A stretch of 59,000 bases of DNA, filler included. It is 5 parts of 5 records of this genome, joined end to end, with 100 filler letters (N's around TTAATTAATTAA, not from the genome) between each part and the next. Parts side by side here need not be neighbours in the genome. Positions count along the whole stretch, not along the records: positions 18,271 to 36,024 come from SRR31156797_12179; 4 more parts are not named here. One strand, given 5' to 3'. Made by a program: the position numbers and the translations under genes. Shown piece by piece: positions 20,584-29,097 of the stretch. Every line of letters begins with the position of its first letter. Positions within the stretch are counted from its first letter, which is position 1. The notes beneath the pieces are model-generated. The model was not told the origin of the DNA, ran no database searches, and saw only the letters and a list, made by a program, of their open reading frames with translations.

Positions 20584-21756
20584 CTATATTTTCTTATCAA
20601 AATTATTAGCTAACCAGTTTTCAACATTGTTTACTGAGGTAATACCTAGTTTTTTCAATATATTAATAATATCTTTTGCACAAACTATTATAATTGGATG
20701 TCCATCCTCCTTAATTTCTTTATAAGCTTGATGGTGTACATATGACGTAGTAATAAGCATTCCAAACTGCCTATACCTTAATCTGGATATTAAACGTGAA
20801 GTTTCTTTAACTCCAACCGCATTGTTCAAACCATACCTTTTTGCTTCAAGCGCAAAATCCACTAAAATAGAATTATCCTGTAAACCGATTTTGTATTTAC
20901 CTACTGCATCTCTTCCCCCATCAACCCACGGTCTCGTTAGATCACATTCGATAATATTCCTATCCATAAGTTTTACCAGTTCTACAGCACATGGTTCAAA
21001 AGAATACCCGTCTTCAAAATAATTATATATAGCATTTATTATTTTTACACCATCTTTGTCTGGTATTTGTTGTTCCTTATTTCTGTATTCTACTGTTTTT
21101 TCTGCCTTTAATGGTGTGTATACTCCATTATCAACCCATTTTACATAATTACTCGGCGTATTCTCAGTTATAATATTACCTGATTTCAAATCATCAATCC
21201 ATGCTCGAGTAATTGAGACTACATCTAATATTGTGAATATTGATTTATAGTTTTGAAACCTCATGCCTTCTTTAACTTTCCAAATTGCAACTAAATCTTC
21301 AAATGATGTTAAATTATACGATCCCGGTACAGCAAGCCCTTTAAAAACAACATCTCTTCCATTTGCTCCTTTAGTAAAAACAAAAAAAGGTGGTATATTG
21401 TATCGTTCATTACTATGTAATGCATCAAAACAATCCTTTAAAATCAAATTTCCCTTCTTCTTAGTTTTATATAAATCAGTTCCTGGCTTCTTATTGTCTC
21501 CAAAGTATGTAAATGTTCCAGTTTGATAATCTAAATTATCTGGCCAATCAGGATTAGTTAAGGTTGAATACAATACTACAAAAGAATTTGTGTATTTTTT
21601 ATGAGATTTTTTTAATCTAAATCCTCCCTGATTTCCACAGCCTAACAAAATAGTTAATGGATCATCACTTGAATTTCCCTGAGAACCCCCTTTATACAAG
21701 GCATCAACAAATAAATCTGCATCTTTTAATTCATTAAAATTTATAACTTTTTGCAT
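20584..21756 (-). CDS. AspBHI/MspJI-like modification-dependent restriction endonuclease (SRA-like plus Mrr-type nuclease)
   Basis: ADLFVDALYKGG, GNQGGFR, WPD..YFGDNKKPG, FKGLAVPG; C-terminal DGGRDAVG..FALEAKRY and RLISRLRYRQFG. Confidence 0.8.
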   Translation of the reverse strand: MQKVINFNELKDADLFVDALYKGGSQGNSSDDPLTILLGCGNQGGFRLKKSHKKYTNSFVVLYSTLTNPDWPDNLDYQTGTFTYFGDNKKPGTDLYKTKKKGNLILKDCFDALHSNERYNIPPFFVFTKGANGRDVVFKGLAVPGSYNLTSFEDLVAIWKVKEGMRFQNYKSIFTILDVVSITRAWIDDLKSGNIITENTPSNYVKWVDNGVYTPLKAEKTVEYRNKEQQIPDKDGVKIINAIYNYFEDGYSFEPCAVELVKLMDRNIIECDLTRPWVDGGRDAVGKYKIGLQDNSILVDFALEAKRYGLNNAVGVKETSRLISRLRYRQFGMLITTSYVHHQAYKEIKEDGHPIIIVCAKDIINILKKLGITSVNNVENWLANNFDKKI

Positions 21757-21988
21757 GAATCCCCCCATATCATGCCATTTTTTAGGTGCAGCTTTTATCT
21801 AGACATCACTATTCATTTTACTTAATAATATCTTAGATTGAACTACTAAAATAGCATCACATCATAATATATCGATTGTTATTTTTTACCTACTTAATTA
21901 TAAAACTAATACATAATAAAATCAATAAAATGCTTTGTTATTAGTAAACATGTGATATACTTATTACATAATTATTTAGGAGTATTTT

Positions 21989-23404
21989 ATGATAAAACAG
22001 TATGATGAAACTGATATTTATTCCATACTTGATTTTTCCAAGAAACTAGAGAAAACCACATTAAGAAAATACCTTGGAGAAAATGAATACTTTTACAATC
22101 AGAAGCATAAGGGTGCATTAGGCAATATTGTCGAAAGTGAATTTTTTGGTTACGCTATTAATTCTAAAAAAGAAGCTGACTTTAAAGAAGCTAAAATGGA
22201 ACTTAAAGTTGTTCCTATTAAAAAAATCAAAAAGAAACCTAGTTCTGAATTATTAATAAAACAACTTGGATTAAGCGCAAAAGAAAGAATTGTTTTATCA
22301 ATTATACAGTATGATGAAATTATAAATGAAACTTGGACTACAACAGAGCTGCATCATAAATTAGACAAAATCCTAATGATGTTTTATCAGCATGAAAAGA
22401 AACTAAGTCCATATGATTTATTATTTATTTTATCATCAATATGGGAACCATTGCAAGAAGATTTACCCTATCTACAAAAGGATTGGGAATTAATACAATC
22501 TAAGATTGTAGCAGGGAAAGCACATGAGCTATCTGAAGGAGATACACTGCTATTAGGAGCATGCACTAAAGGGGTTACTAGTAATTCTACACGCAAACAA
22601 CCAAACAGTGATGTACCTGCTATGCAACGAGCTTTCTCACTTAAAAGGTCGTATGTAGACCATATTTTTAATAGATTATATGCTGATGACTTAGAAACCA
22701 AAAATATTATACCACTAGATATTTATAGCAAAATCATAGTAGAGTTCAATAAGATTAAATATCAACCACTACAGAATCTCTTTAGCAAGTATAGTATAAG
22801 TGTAAATAGACAGGCAAAGCAATTTTTGTATCTAGTAACCTCAGCTTTATTCGAACAATTAATGGAAATTACTTCAAATGAGTTTAACGAAAACAATATT
22901 GCTGAAATAGAAATCAAAACCATTCTTTTAAAAAGTAATAATATACCTAAAGAAAGTATGTCGTTTGAACAAATTAAGTTTGATGAAATCATTGAAGAAG
23001 ATTGGCTGGATTCGGAGTTTAGATCTAAATTTGAAAATAAAAAACTACTATGGTTTATTTACAAAACAAATAAACCTTATAAAAATCAAAGAGAACTTGA
23101 TTTATCGGATATTTTCTTTATTGATTTATTTTACTGGAACATGCCTATCTCTGATTTGGATAGTTCAGTAAGAGAATTGTGGGTAGACACTGCTGAGAAA
23201 ATAAAAAATCAAAATTTCTATAATTTTAAAAAATTATCAGAAACAGAAGTTGCTCACGTAAGACCAAAAGCCACAAATAGCAAAGATTTATCATGGCTAA
23301 AATCGGGGATAAACGCACCAAAAAGAAGTTTTTGGCTAAATAACAAGTATGTTGCTAGACAGATCAAAGATTATATGAGTAACAACCAAAACAAGATGTA
23401 CTAA
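21989..23404 (+). CDS. Sau3AI/MutH-family type II restriction endonuclease
   Basis: HKGALGNIVESEFFGY..EADF..ELKVVP, AKER, HELSEGDT, ACTKG, QRAFSLK; second repeat KESMSF..HVRPKA..FWLN. Confidence 0.88.
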   Translation: MIKQYDETDIYSILDFSKKLEKTTLRKYLGENEYFYNQKHKGALGNIVESEFFGYAINSKKEADFKEAKMELKVVPIKKIKKKPSSELLIKQLGLSAKERIVLSIIQYDEIINETWTTTELHHKLDKILMMFYQHEKKLSPYDLLFILSSIWEPLQEDLPYLQKDWELIQSKIVAGKAHELSEGDTLLLGACTKGVTSNSTRKQPNSDVPAMQRAFSLKRSYVDHIFNRLYADDLETKNIIPLDIYSKIIVEFNKIKYQPLQNLFSKYSISVNRQAKQFLYLVTSALFEQLMEITSNEFNENNIAEIEIKTILLKSNNIPKESMSFEQIKFDEIIEEDWLDSEFRSKFENKKLLWFIYKTNKPYKNQRELDLSDIFFIDLFYWNMPISDLDSSVRELWVDTAEKIKNQNFYNFKKLSETEVAHVRPKATNSKDLSWLKSGINAPKRSFWLNNKYVARQIKDYMSNNQNKMY

Positions 23405-23416
23405 TCTATAGGTTTA

Positions 23417-24619
23417 TCATTCTTTCTCTATTATCTTGCTGATTTCTACTCCTAATTTCTCTACAATACCAACAACTAAGGCATTTCCCATACAAAAATA
23501 CCTGAATCTATTTGACATTCCTGTATTAGTCCATCCTTTAGGAAATCCGTTCAAAGCTTCGCATTCATCCGGTGTTAACTTTCTCAATTTATTTGATTCG
23601 GGATCCCTTATTACGTGAGTTGATCTATTTATCGAGGACTCACTTGTAAGCATTGTGCGTGCCGGTCTATCTATTGGATCCGGGAACGCTATACCTCCTT
23701 CTGCAAAGATATATTTATGTCCATCCTTATGCGTCCGCTGAATCTTCTTAGGTCCTTTGAGATACTCCCATTTAGACAAATCACTACCTATATAATACTC
23801 TTCAGCAACATTACAATCTAATATTGTTTCGAGCGGTACAGCTTTAGGTTTTATAGCTTTTAAATCAACTGTATATAGGTCATCATTCATTAAACATCCT
23901 GCATTCCAAAATTTTGTCTTAAATGCATCAGATATCTCTTTAATATTATCCATATCAAATTTTAATTTATTTACTCGCTTTAAATCATAAGATTGAGCTG
24001 GAAACGTACTTTGGAATAATCCGTTCTCAGAAACCATTTCTTCACTAGTAATTTTGCCTAAAAAATTTGATGCATATTTTGTGGTATTTTTAAAGGCATA
24101 AATAAACACACGCCTTCTTCTTTGTGGGAATCCATAATCTGCAGCGTTTATAACTCTCCATTCGACTGAATATCCTTGTTCTTTTAGACACCCTAATATT
24201 ACTCCAAAATCTCTACCTCGTTGTGAAGTTGGTGATTTTAGAAGCCTGTCTACATTTTCAAGAAGCAAGAAACTCGGTTTTTTATGTTTAATAATTTCAT
24301 AGATATTCCACCATAAAACACCCTTCTTCCCTTCGATGCCTTTTGCACCTGTTGAAGCCACACTATAGTCTTGACAAGGAAAGCCTCCAACTAAAAGAGT
24401 ATGGTTAGGAATATTTCTTATTTTCACTTCATTTATATCAATATTAGTATGATTTTCACTTTCCCCAAAGTTTGCTATATAGCAATCATATGCATCCTGT
24501 GATTTGCGGCCGGGTTCCCACTGATTAACCCATATCGTTTCAAACTTTTTATCAGCTCGTTCTAAACCAACTCTAAAGCCACCCACACCAGCAAATAACT
24601 CAACCACTGTCTTCTTCAT
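23417..24619 (-). CDS. C5 cytosine DNA methyltransferase (M.Sau3AI-like, probably GATC)
   Basis: ELFAGVGGF, GGFPCQDYS, LENVDRLLKSP, PQRRRR, MGNALV; GGAGGA RBS; convergent with the Sau3AI-like REase. Confidence 0.92.
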   Translation of the reverse strand: MKKTVVELFAGVGGFRVGLERADKKFETIWVNQWEPGRKSQDAYDCYIANFGESENHTNIDINEVKIRNIPNHTLLVGGFPCQDYSVASTGAKGIEGKKGVLWWNIYEIIKHKKPSFLLLENVDRLLKSPTSQRGRDFGVILGCLKEQGYSVEWRVINAADYGFPQRRRRVFIYAFKNTTKYASNFLGKITSEEMVSENGLFQSTFPAQSYDLKRVNKLKFDMDNIKEISDAFKTKFWNAGCLMNDDLYTVDLKAIKPKAVPLETILDCNVAEEYYIGSDLSKWEYLKGPKKIQRTHKDGHKYIFAEGGIAFPDPIDRPARTMLTSESSINRSTHVIRDPESNKLRKLTPDECEALNGFPKGWTNTGMSNRFRYFCMGNALVVGIVEKLGVEISKIIEKE

Positions 24620-24638
24620 CACTATCCTCCGTTTATCC

Positions 24639-24667
24639 ATTATACATTAGTTATAGAAAAAGATCAA
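24639..24667 (-). promoter_or_regulatory. Sigma70-type promoter of the methyltransferase; -35 box contains GATC
   Basis: Minus strand TTGATC-17 nt-TATAAT just upstream of the RBS. Confidence 0.7.
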
Positions 24668-24747
24668 GGAAAATGCTCTTTATATTATCATTAATATATA
24701 ATTAAAAAAATGGGTACGAAGTCTGTAAAGAAATTGTCATGCAATTT

Positions 24748-24784
24748 AAAAAACAGAACTACCCAATACAATTAGATAGTTCTG
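24748..24784 (-). terminator. Intrinsic terminator of the repeat sRNA
   Basis: CAGAACTATCTAA-TTGTA-TTGGGTAGTTCTG-TTTTTT; G.U pairs valid only on the minus strand. Confidence 0.8.
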
Positions 24785-24930
24785 CTATGGTTAGTTTAGT
24801 TCTGGTGTCTGCCACCGCACCAGCACTCGAAGTCTGGCAAAAAGTTCAGATTTAGTTATGGTGTCTGTCACCGCTCTAGCACTCGAAGTCTAGAAAAAGC
24901 TGCAGATTGAAACGTGCTAACCCACGTATT
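24748..24930 (-). ncRNA. Putative ~180-nt sRNA with two tandem 56-nt structured repeats
   Basis: Perfect promoter upstream, terminator downstream; repeats 24795-24850 and 24851-24906 (47/56 identical) with compensatory stem changes. Confidence 0.65.
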
Positions 24931-24936
24931 AACACT

Positions 24937-24965
24937 ATTATAATACTACTGCAAAAAACTGTCAA
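24937..24965 (-). promoter_or_regulatory. Consensus sigma70/sigmaA promoter
   Basis: Minus strand TTGACA-GTTTTTTGCAGTAGTAT(17)-TATAAT. Confidence 0.85.
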
Positions 24966-24983
24966 TAATGATAGTTACTACGT

Positions 24984-25310
24984 TTACTTTTTAACAAATC
25001 GTTCTCCATATACTGCGCCTCCTGTTATAATCAAATCTCCACTTTCTTCTACTGCTTTAAACAGTGTGTTTGAGTATAGACCCGAACCTTCTATTAGTAT
25101 GTCATAGCCTTCATCTGTTTTCTCGTATGTACCCTCAAAGTACTTATCAGCTTGTGTCCATAGACACTTCCCAAACGCCTTAAACTCTACATTATAAAAC
25201 CCTGTTTCGCTTGTATATGTGCCAGATAATTCACCACATGCAGTTGATGATAAAATCACAGCTGTGACTACTGTAGCACATAATATTACTCTTAATACTT
25301 TCTTATTCAT
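24984..25310 (-). CDS. Small lipoprotein
   Basis: AGGAGG RBS; MNKKVLRVILCATVVTAVILSSTA-CG signal with lipobox-like Cys. Confidence 0.75.
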   Translation of the reverse strand: MNKKVLRVILCATVVTAVILSSTACGELSGTYTSETGFYNVEFKAFGKCLWTQADKYFEGTYEKTDEGYDILIEGSGLYSNTLFKAVEESGDLIITGGAVYGERFVKK

Positions 25311-25444
25311 AATCCTCCTATTATTGGTAGATACCATATCACTTGCATCTACATGTTACATTATATGTTACAAATTATAACATATTAAACACATTCATTC
25401 AAACATAAACTAGAACTAACGAATATTATAGGGAGTTAGTATAG

Positions 25445-25627
25445 ATGAGTAATAAAAAGCTAAAAATAACTCGAAAGTTAGACGATAATTATAAAGTGTT
25501 TTCTGTTCGGATAAAAAATGAAATCATAGATGAACTAGATAAAATTTCGAACAAAACTAACAGAAGTAGAAATGAACTAATAAATATTATGCTCGAATTT
25601 GGCATAGAAAATATTGAACTTGACTAA
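25445..25627 (+). CDS. CopG/ribbon-helix-helix DNA-binding protein
   Basis: VFSVRIKNEIIDELDKIS..RSRNELINIML; ATGTTACA direct repeats at 25353 and 25365 upstream. Confidence 0.8.
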   Translation: MSNKKLKITRKLDDNYKVFSVRIKNEIIDELDKISNKTNRSRNELINIMLEFGIENIELD

Positions 25628-25685
25628 AGTATCAATCATATATAATTCTTAATGCAAAGAACTGTCATCATCCAGTTTTATTTTT

Positions 25686-26516
25686 TTAGCTGACTATCAC
25701 CTCAGCCGTTGGCTTTTGAATGTTTTTATACATTACTTCGATTTTACCAATAACTTTTACTATTCTGTCCATGCTTATCTGCGGAATTTGCTTGTTCTTA
25801 TCAAGGTATGCCCATAGGTAAGATGCGGAATTGCTTTTTATATTAACCCTATCACATACAAGATAACTAATGCATTCAGCTTCAAACTCCATTTGATCCT
25901 TTTCAAGATCTTTTCTATCGTCTAAATGACCGCAAAAATAATGTCCTAGTTCATGAGCAATTACAGCAAACATTGAAGTTACAGATAAGCTATCATTAAC
26001 AACTATTGAATGTGTTCTTTTGACCAAATACTTTTTACCTTTACAATACAACTCGATTACAGTCCCTTTATCTACCTGCATTATATATCCACCAGATTGA
26101 GAACCATGTTCTTGGTCGGTAAAGTCTACTCCTATAGCGTTCATATTGAAAACTATGTTATCAAAAAATTTACAGTTTATTTCACCATCACATTCAAATG
26201 GTTTCAAAATATGCTCTGGTATTTCATCTCCAAAGGTATCAGATAAGTCATACATGAAATTTACTGGTCCAAACGGCTTTAATATTACCATTGGATTAGC
26301 TTCAGGTTTTACTTCACGATTAAAACGCTTTTCCCAATCAGCTGTCGTTGCTGCAAACATACATCCAGGTCTCTGTATTTTTACTAGCATTGCATTGTAA
26401 ACCGACATATGCCTAAACTTTCTGAAAAATTCAAGTAGTTCTTTAACTTCATCTGAAGTTGAATATTCTTTTGTTTCTTCAAATAATAAGTCTAATGCAG
26501 CAATTCTTGTTTTCAT
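25686..26516 (-). CDS. ArdC-like N-terminus plus HExxH metallopeptidase-like protein (paralog 2)
   Basis: FRHMSVYNAMLVKIQRP..W..FNREVK; AHELGH; EFEAECISYLVC. Confidence 0.72.
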   Translation of the reverse strand: MKTRIAALDLLFEETKEYSTSDEVKELLEFFRKFRHMSVYNAMLVKIQRPGCMFAATTADWEKRFNREVKPEANPMVILKPFGPVNFMYDLSDTFGDEIPEHILKPFECDGEINCKFFDNIVFNMNAIGVDFTDQEHGSQSGGYIMQVDKGTVIELYCKGKKYLVKRTHSIVVNDSLSVTSMFAVIAHELGHYFCGHLDDRKDLEKDQMEFEAECISYLVCDRVNIKSNSASYLWAYLDKNKQIPQISMDRIVKVIGKIEVMYKNIQKPTAEVIVS

Positions 26517-27406
26517 ATATTTTCTCCTTTGTTTCTATCATATTTAACATATCCCTTTGTAGGGTTATCTTTGCTTTTTAGCATTAATTCAATTCTCCTT
26601 GCTGCTTCCAATATTCTATTAATACTACTTTTAGAGATTTCTTTATTTTCATCAAGATATGTCCATAAACACTCTTTTGTATCAGACGTAATACTCTTCC
26701 TGCTGCAGACAATATGATTTACACATTCAGCTTCAAATTCTTCTTGCTCATGTGTTAAATGCTCCTTTCTGCTAAACTTTCTTAATGGATTCAATTTTTC
26801 CTTTCTATAAATATGTCCGCAAAAATAATGTCCTAATTCATGAATTAGCGTAGCAATGATTTCTCTGTCTGATAGAGTATCACTAACTTCAATGATGTGA
26901 GTTGTCTTAACTAAATATTCTTTTTCATTACAAGTTAATTCAATTACCATATCTTCGTCAACAACTTTTATATGACCTGCAATTTTTGATTCAAGTATTT
27001 TCCTTTTAAAATCAATTCCCTTTGTTTTCATATTAAAAATTATATTCTTAAAATAATCATCAATTATCTCTTCTTCACATTCCGGCGGAACCCAATCTAA
27101 TTCATATTTTCTTGCATTTGTGTCTGATAAAGCATATACGAACTCAGCTCTGTTCCACCTTAATATAATTAAAGGTTTTGCTTCTGGTTTTATTTTTTTA
27201 TTATCAATAAACTTCCAGTAACGTGATTCTTGTGCGTACTTGCAATCTGGCTTTTGTACTCTTACTAGTATAGCATTATCAATAGACATATGCCTGAGCC
27301 TATTTACATATTTAATCAATTCCTTTACTTCTTCAACTTTAATATATTCACTTGAGTTTTGGTATATAATATCTAATGCCTCATTTGGAATTTTCCTATT
27401 CTCCAT
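26513..27406 (-). CDS. ArdC-like N-terminus plus HExxH metallopeptidase-like protein (paralog 1)
   Basis: LRHMSIDNAILVRVQKP; LIHELGHYFCGH; EFEAECVNHIVC. Confidence 0.7.
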   Translation of the reverse strand: MENRKIPNEALDIIYQNSSEYIKVEEVKELIKYVNRLRHMSIDNAILVRVQKPDCKYAQESRYWKFIDNKKIKPEAKPLIILRWNRAEFVYALSDTNARKYELDWVPPECEEEIIDDYFKNIIFNMKTKGIDFKRKILESKIAGHIKVVDEDMVIELTCNEKEYLVKTTHIIEVSDTLSDREIIATLIHELGHYFCGHIYRKEKLNPLRKFSRKEHLTHEQEEFEAECVNHIVCSRKSITSDTKECLWTYLDENKEISKSSINRILEAARRIELMLKSKDNPTKGYVKYDRNKGENI

Positions 27407-28198
27407 TTAACTCAATATCCTTTCTATCATGTTTTTGCACTCTATCAACCTATCTACTGATTCATTACTTAAAGGCTCATCTTCTTTACTTGAAAACTCA
27501 TTCTCAATTTCACAAATCAAATTGTGGGCTTTTTTTGAAACTTTATTAATATCAAATTTCTTTCTAGTATTGATATTCCCTTTATCTGGTTCCCGACTTT
27601 CTCCAATTGCCTCCTTAATGGTCAGCTCTCCTTTATCAACAGCATCTTGGATATCTTGAGGTTGTGAAGCAAGTTTATCATATCTATATACATTTCTCTC
27701 TGACATTTGAGTTGCTTTACTAATCCATTTCGCAACATTCTCAATTTTAATCTCTGCTATTAGTGACTTTAGGTATTGAATTTCTTTTATTTTTTCTGAT
27801 GGTTTCCTATCTCTTTGAGTCGAATTTGCAGTAATCAACATGATTTTAGCAAGAGCTTTTTCCTCCGGAGTTATTGCAATCAATTCTTTTGCTTCTATCT
27901 CTGTCTCTCCGAGTTCTTTAAAGATTCTAGTTCTTCTATGCCCAGATACTATGGTGTACCGTGAAGCGTGCATTTGGCTTTTCACTACAACTATAGGATT
28001 CATTAAGCCATTACGTCTTATATCTTCTTTTAAAAAGTCATCTGCTTTTTTGTCTGATTCATAAATCTTGCTATTATCAGGATTTTCATCAAGCTGCTGA
28101 ATCTTAATCTTTCTACTTATAGTTTCATATTCAGTTGATGTATCAATGTTATCCAATCCTAAATCAACATTATCAAAATCAATTATATTATTTGCCAT
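27407..28198 (-). CDS. parB: ParB/Spo0J-family partition protein
   Basis: GLMNPIVV..YTIVSGHRR CTPase motif, ANSTQR, HTH (QMSERNVYRY). Confidence 0.88.
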   Translation of the reverse strand: MANNIIDFDNVDLGLDNIDTSTEYETISRKIKIQQLDENPDNSKIYESDKKADDFLKEDIRRNGLMNPIVVVKSQMHASRYTIVSGHRRTRIFKELGETEIEAKELIAITPEEKALAKIMLITANSTQRDRKPSEKIKEIQYLKSLIAEIKIENVAKWISKATQMSERNVYRYDKLASQPQDIQDAVDKGELTIKEAIGESREPDKGNINTRKKFDINKVSKKAHNLICEIENEFSSKEDEPLSNESVDRLIECKNMIERILS

Positions 28199-28225
28199 TA
28201 TGTTCTTCCTTTCACTTTATGATAA

Positions 28226-28245
28226 GAACTGCCCTAGGGCAGTTC
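28226..28245. repeat. Perfect 20-bp palindrome, candidate parS/operator 1
   Basis: GAACTGCCCTAGGGCAGTTC between parA and parB. Confidence 0.75.
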
Positions 28246-28257
28246 AATATAATATTC

Positions 28258-29037
28258 TTAGAGTTCTGTATGTTTTTCAAGAAATTCATCTACAAAATCT
28301 CTATATGTTTGTGCTGCTTGACACTTGTCCTTAAAATGATTTATTGGTATTCCTGCAAAAGCTGCTTGCTCCACTGCAGTAGCTTTTGCTATCAATGTTT
28401 CAAAAGCTTTTAGGTTTTTGTTTTGTTGTATGGATTTTACAACGCCATCTGTTATGTTCCTCCCCTTCTCATGCATTGTTATCAGAATACCAAATCCTTT
28501 ATAACTTCTCATATAAGGCTTATACTCATTTATGAAATTAAAAATTCCTCTAATTCCATCTGTACTAAATTTTCGTGGTGAAGTAGTTATTACTATATTT
28601 GTAGCTGGCATAATTGCATTGGTTATTATTTGGTCTAATGCAGGTGGGCAATCAATTATTATAAAATCATATTCTGCTTCACTACTCTCTATTGCTCGTT
28701 TCAATATATTATCTTTATCAGCTATCCGCTCTACAGTGAGTTTAGATAATGCAGATACAAAGGCTACAGAGGATGATATTAAGTACAAATTTTCATACTC
28801 TGTTTTCATTGCTATATCGTCAATGTTTTTACCATTAAAGAATATATCAAAAATAGTCAATGTATCATCTGTTGTTTTTACTCCTAATGCAGCAGTTGCA
28901 TTAGCTTGTTGGTCTAAATCCAACAACAAAGTTTTGTATCCTCTTTGAGCTAGTATACTAGCCATTGTTACTGCTGTTATAGTCTTGGCTACGCCACCCT
29001 TATTATTAATAATTGGTATTATATATGTTTTTTTCAT
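28258..29037 (-). CDS. parA: ParA/Soj ATPase
   Basis: NNKGGVAKT deviant Walker A, LDLDQQANAT, IIIDCPP. Confidence 0.93.
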   Translation of the reverse strand: MKKTYIIPIINNKGGVAKTITAVTMASILAQRGYKTLLLDLDQQANATAALGVKTTDDTLTIFDIFFNGKNIDDIAMKTEYENLYLISSSVAFVSALSKLTVERIADKDNILKRAIESSEAEYDFIIIDCPPALDQIITNAIMPATNIVITTSPRKFSTDGIRGIFNFINEYKPYMRSYKGFGILITMHEKGRNITDGVVKSIQQNKNLKAFETLIAKATAVEQAAFAGIPINHFKDKCQAAQTYRDFVDEFLEKHTEL

Positions 29038-29070
29038 TTGATATCTCCTTATAGAATTTATTGTGTTCCT

Positions 29071-29090
29071 GAACTGCCCTAGGGCAGTGC
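29071..29090. repeat. Palindrome, candidate parS/operator 2
   Basis: GAACTGCCCTAGGGCAGTGC upstream of parA, 19/20 identical to copy 1. Confidence 0.75.
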
Positions 29091-29097
29091 TGTTATC

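Noticed and set aside
24795-24906. Tandem repeats as a mini-CRISPR array
   Set aside because: Units are contiguous with no unique spacer and there are no cas genes; reported as a structured sRNA instead.
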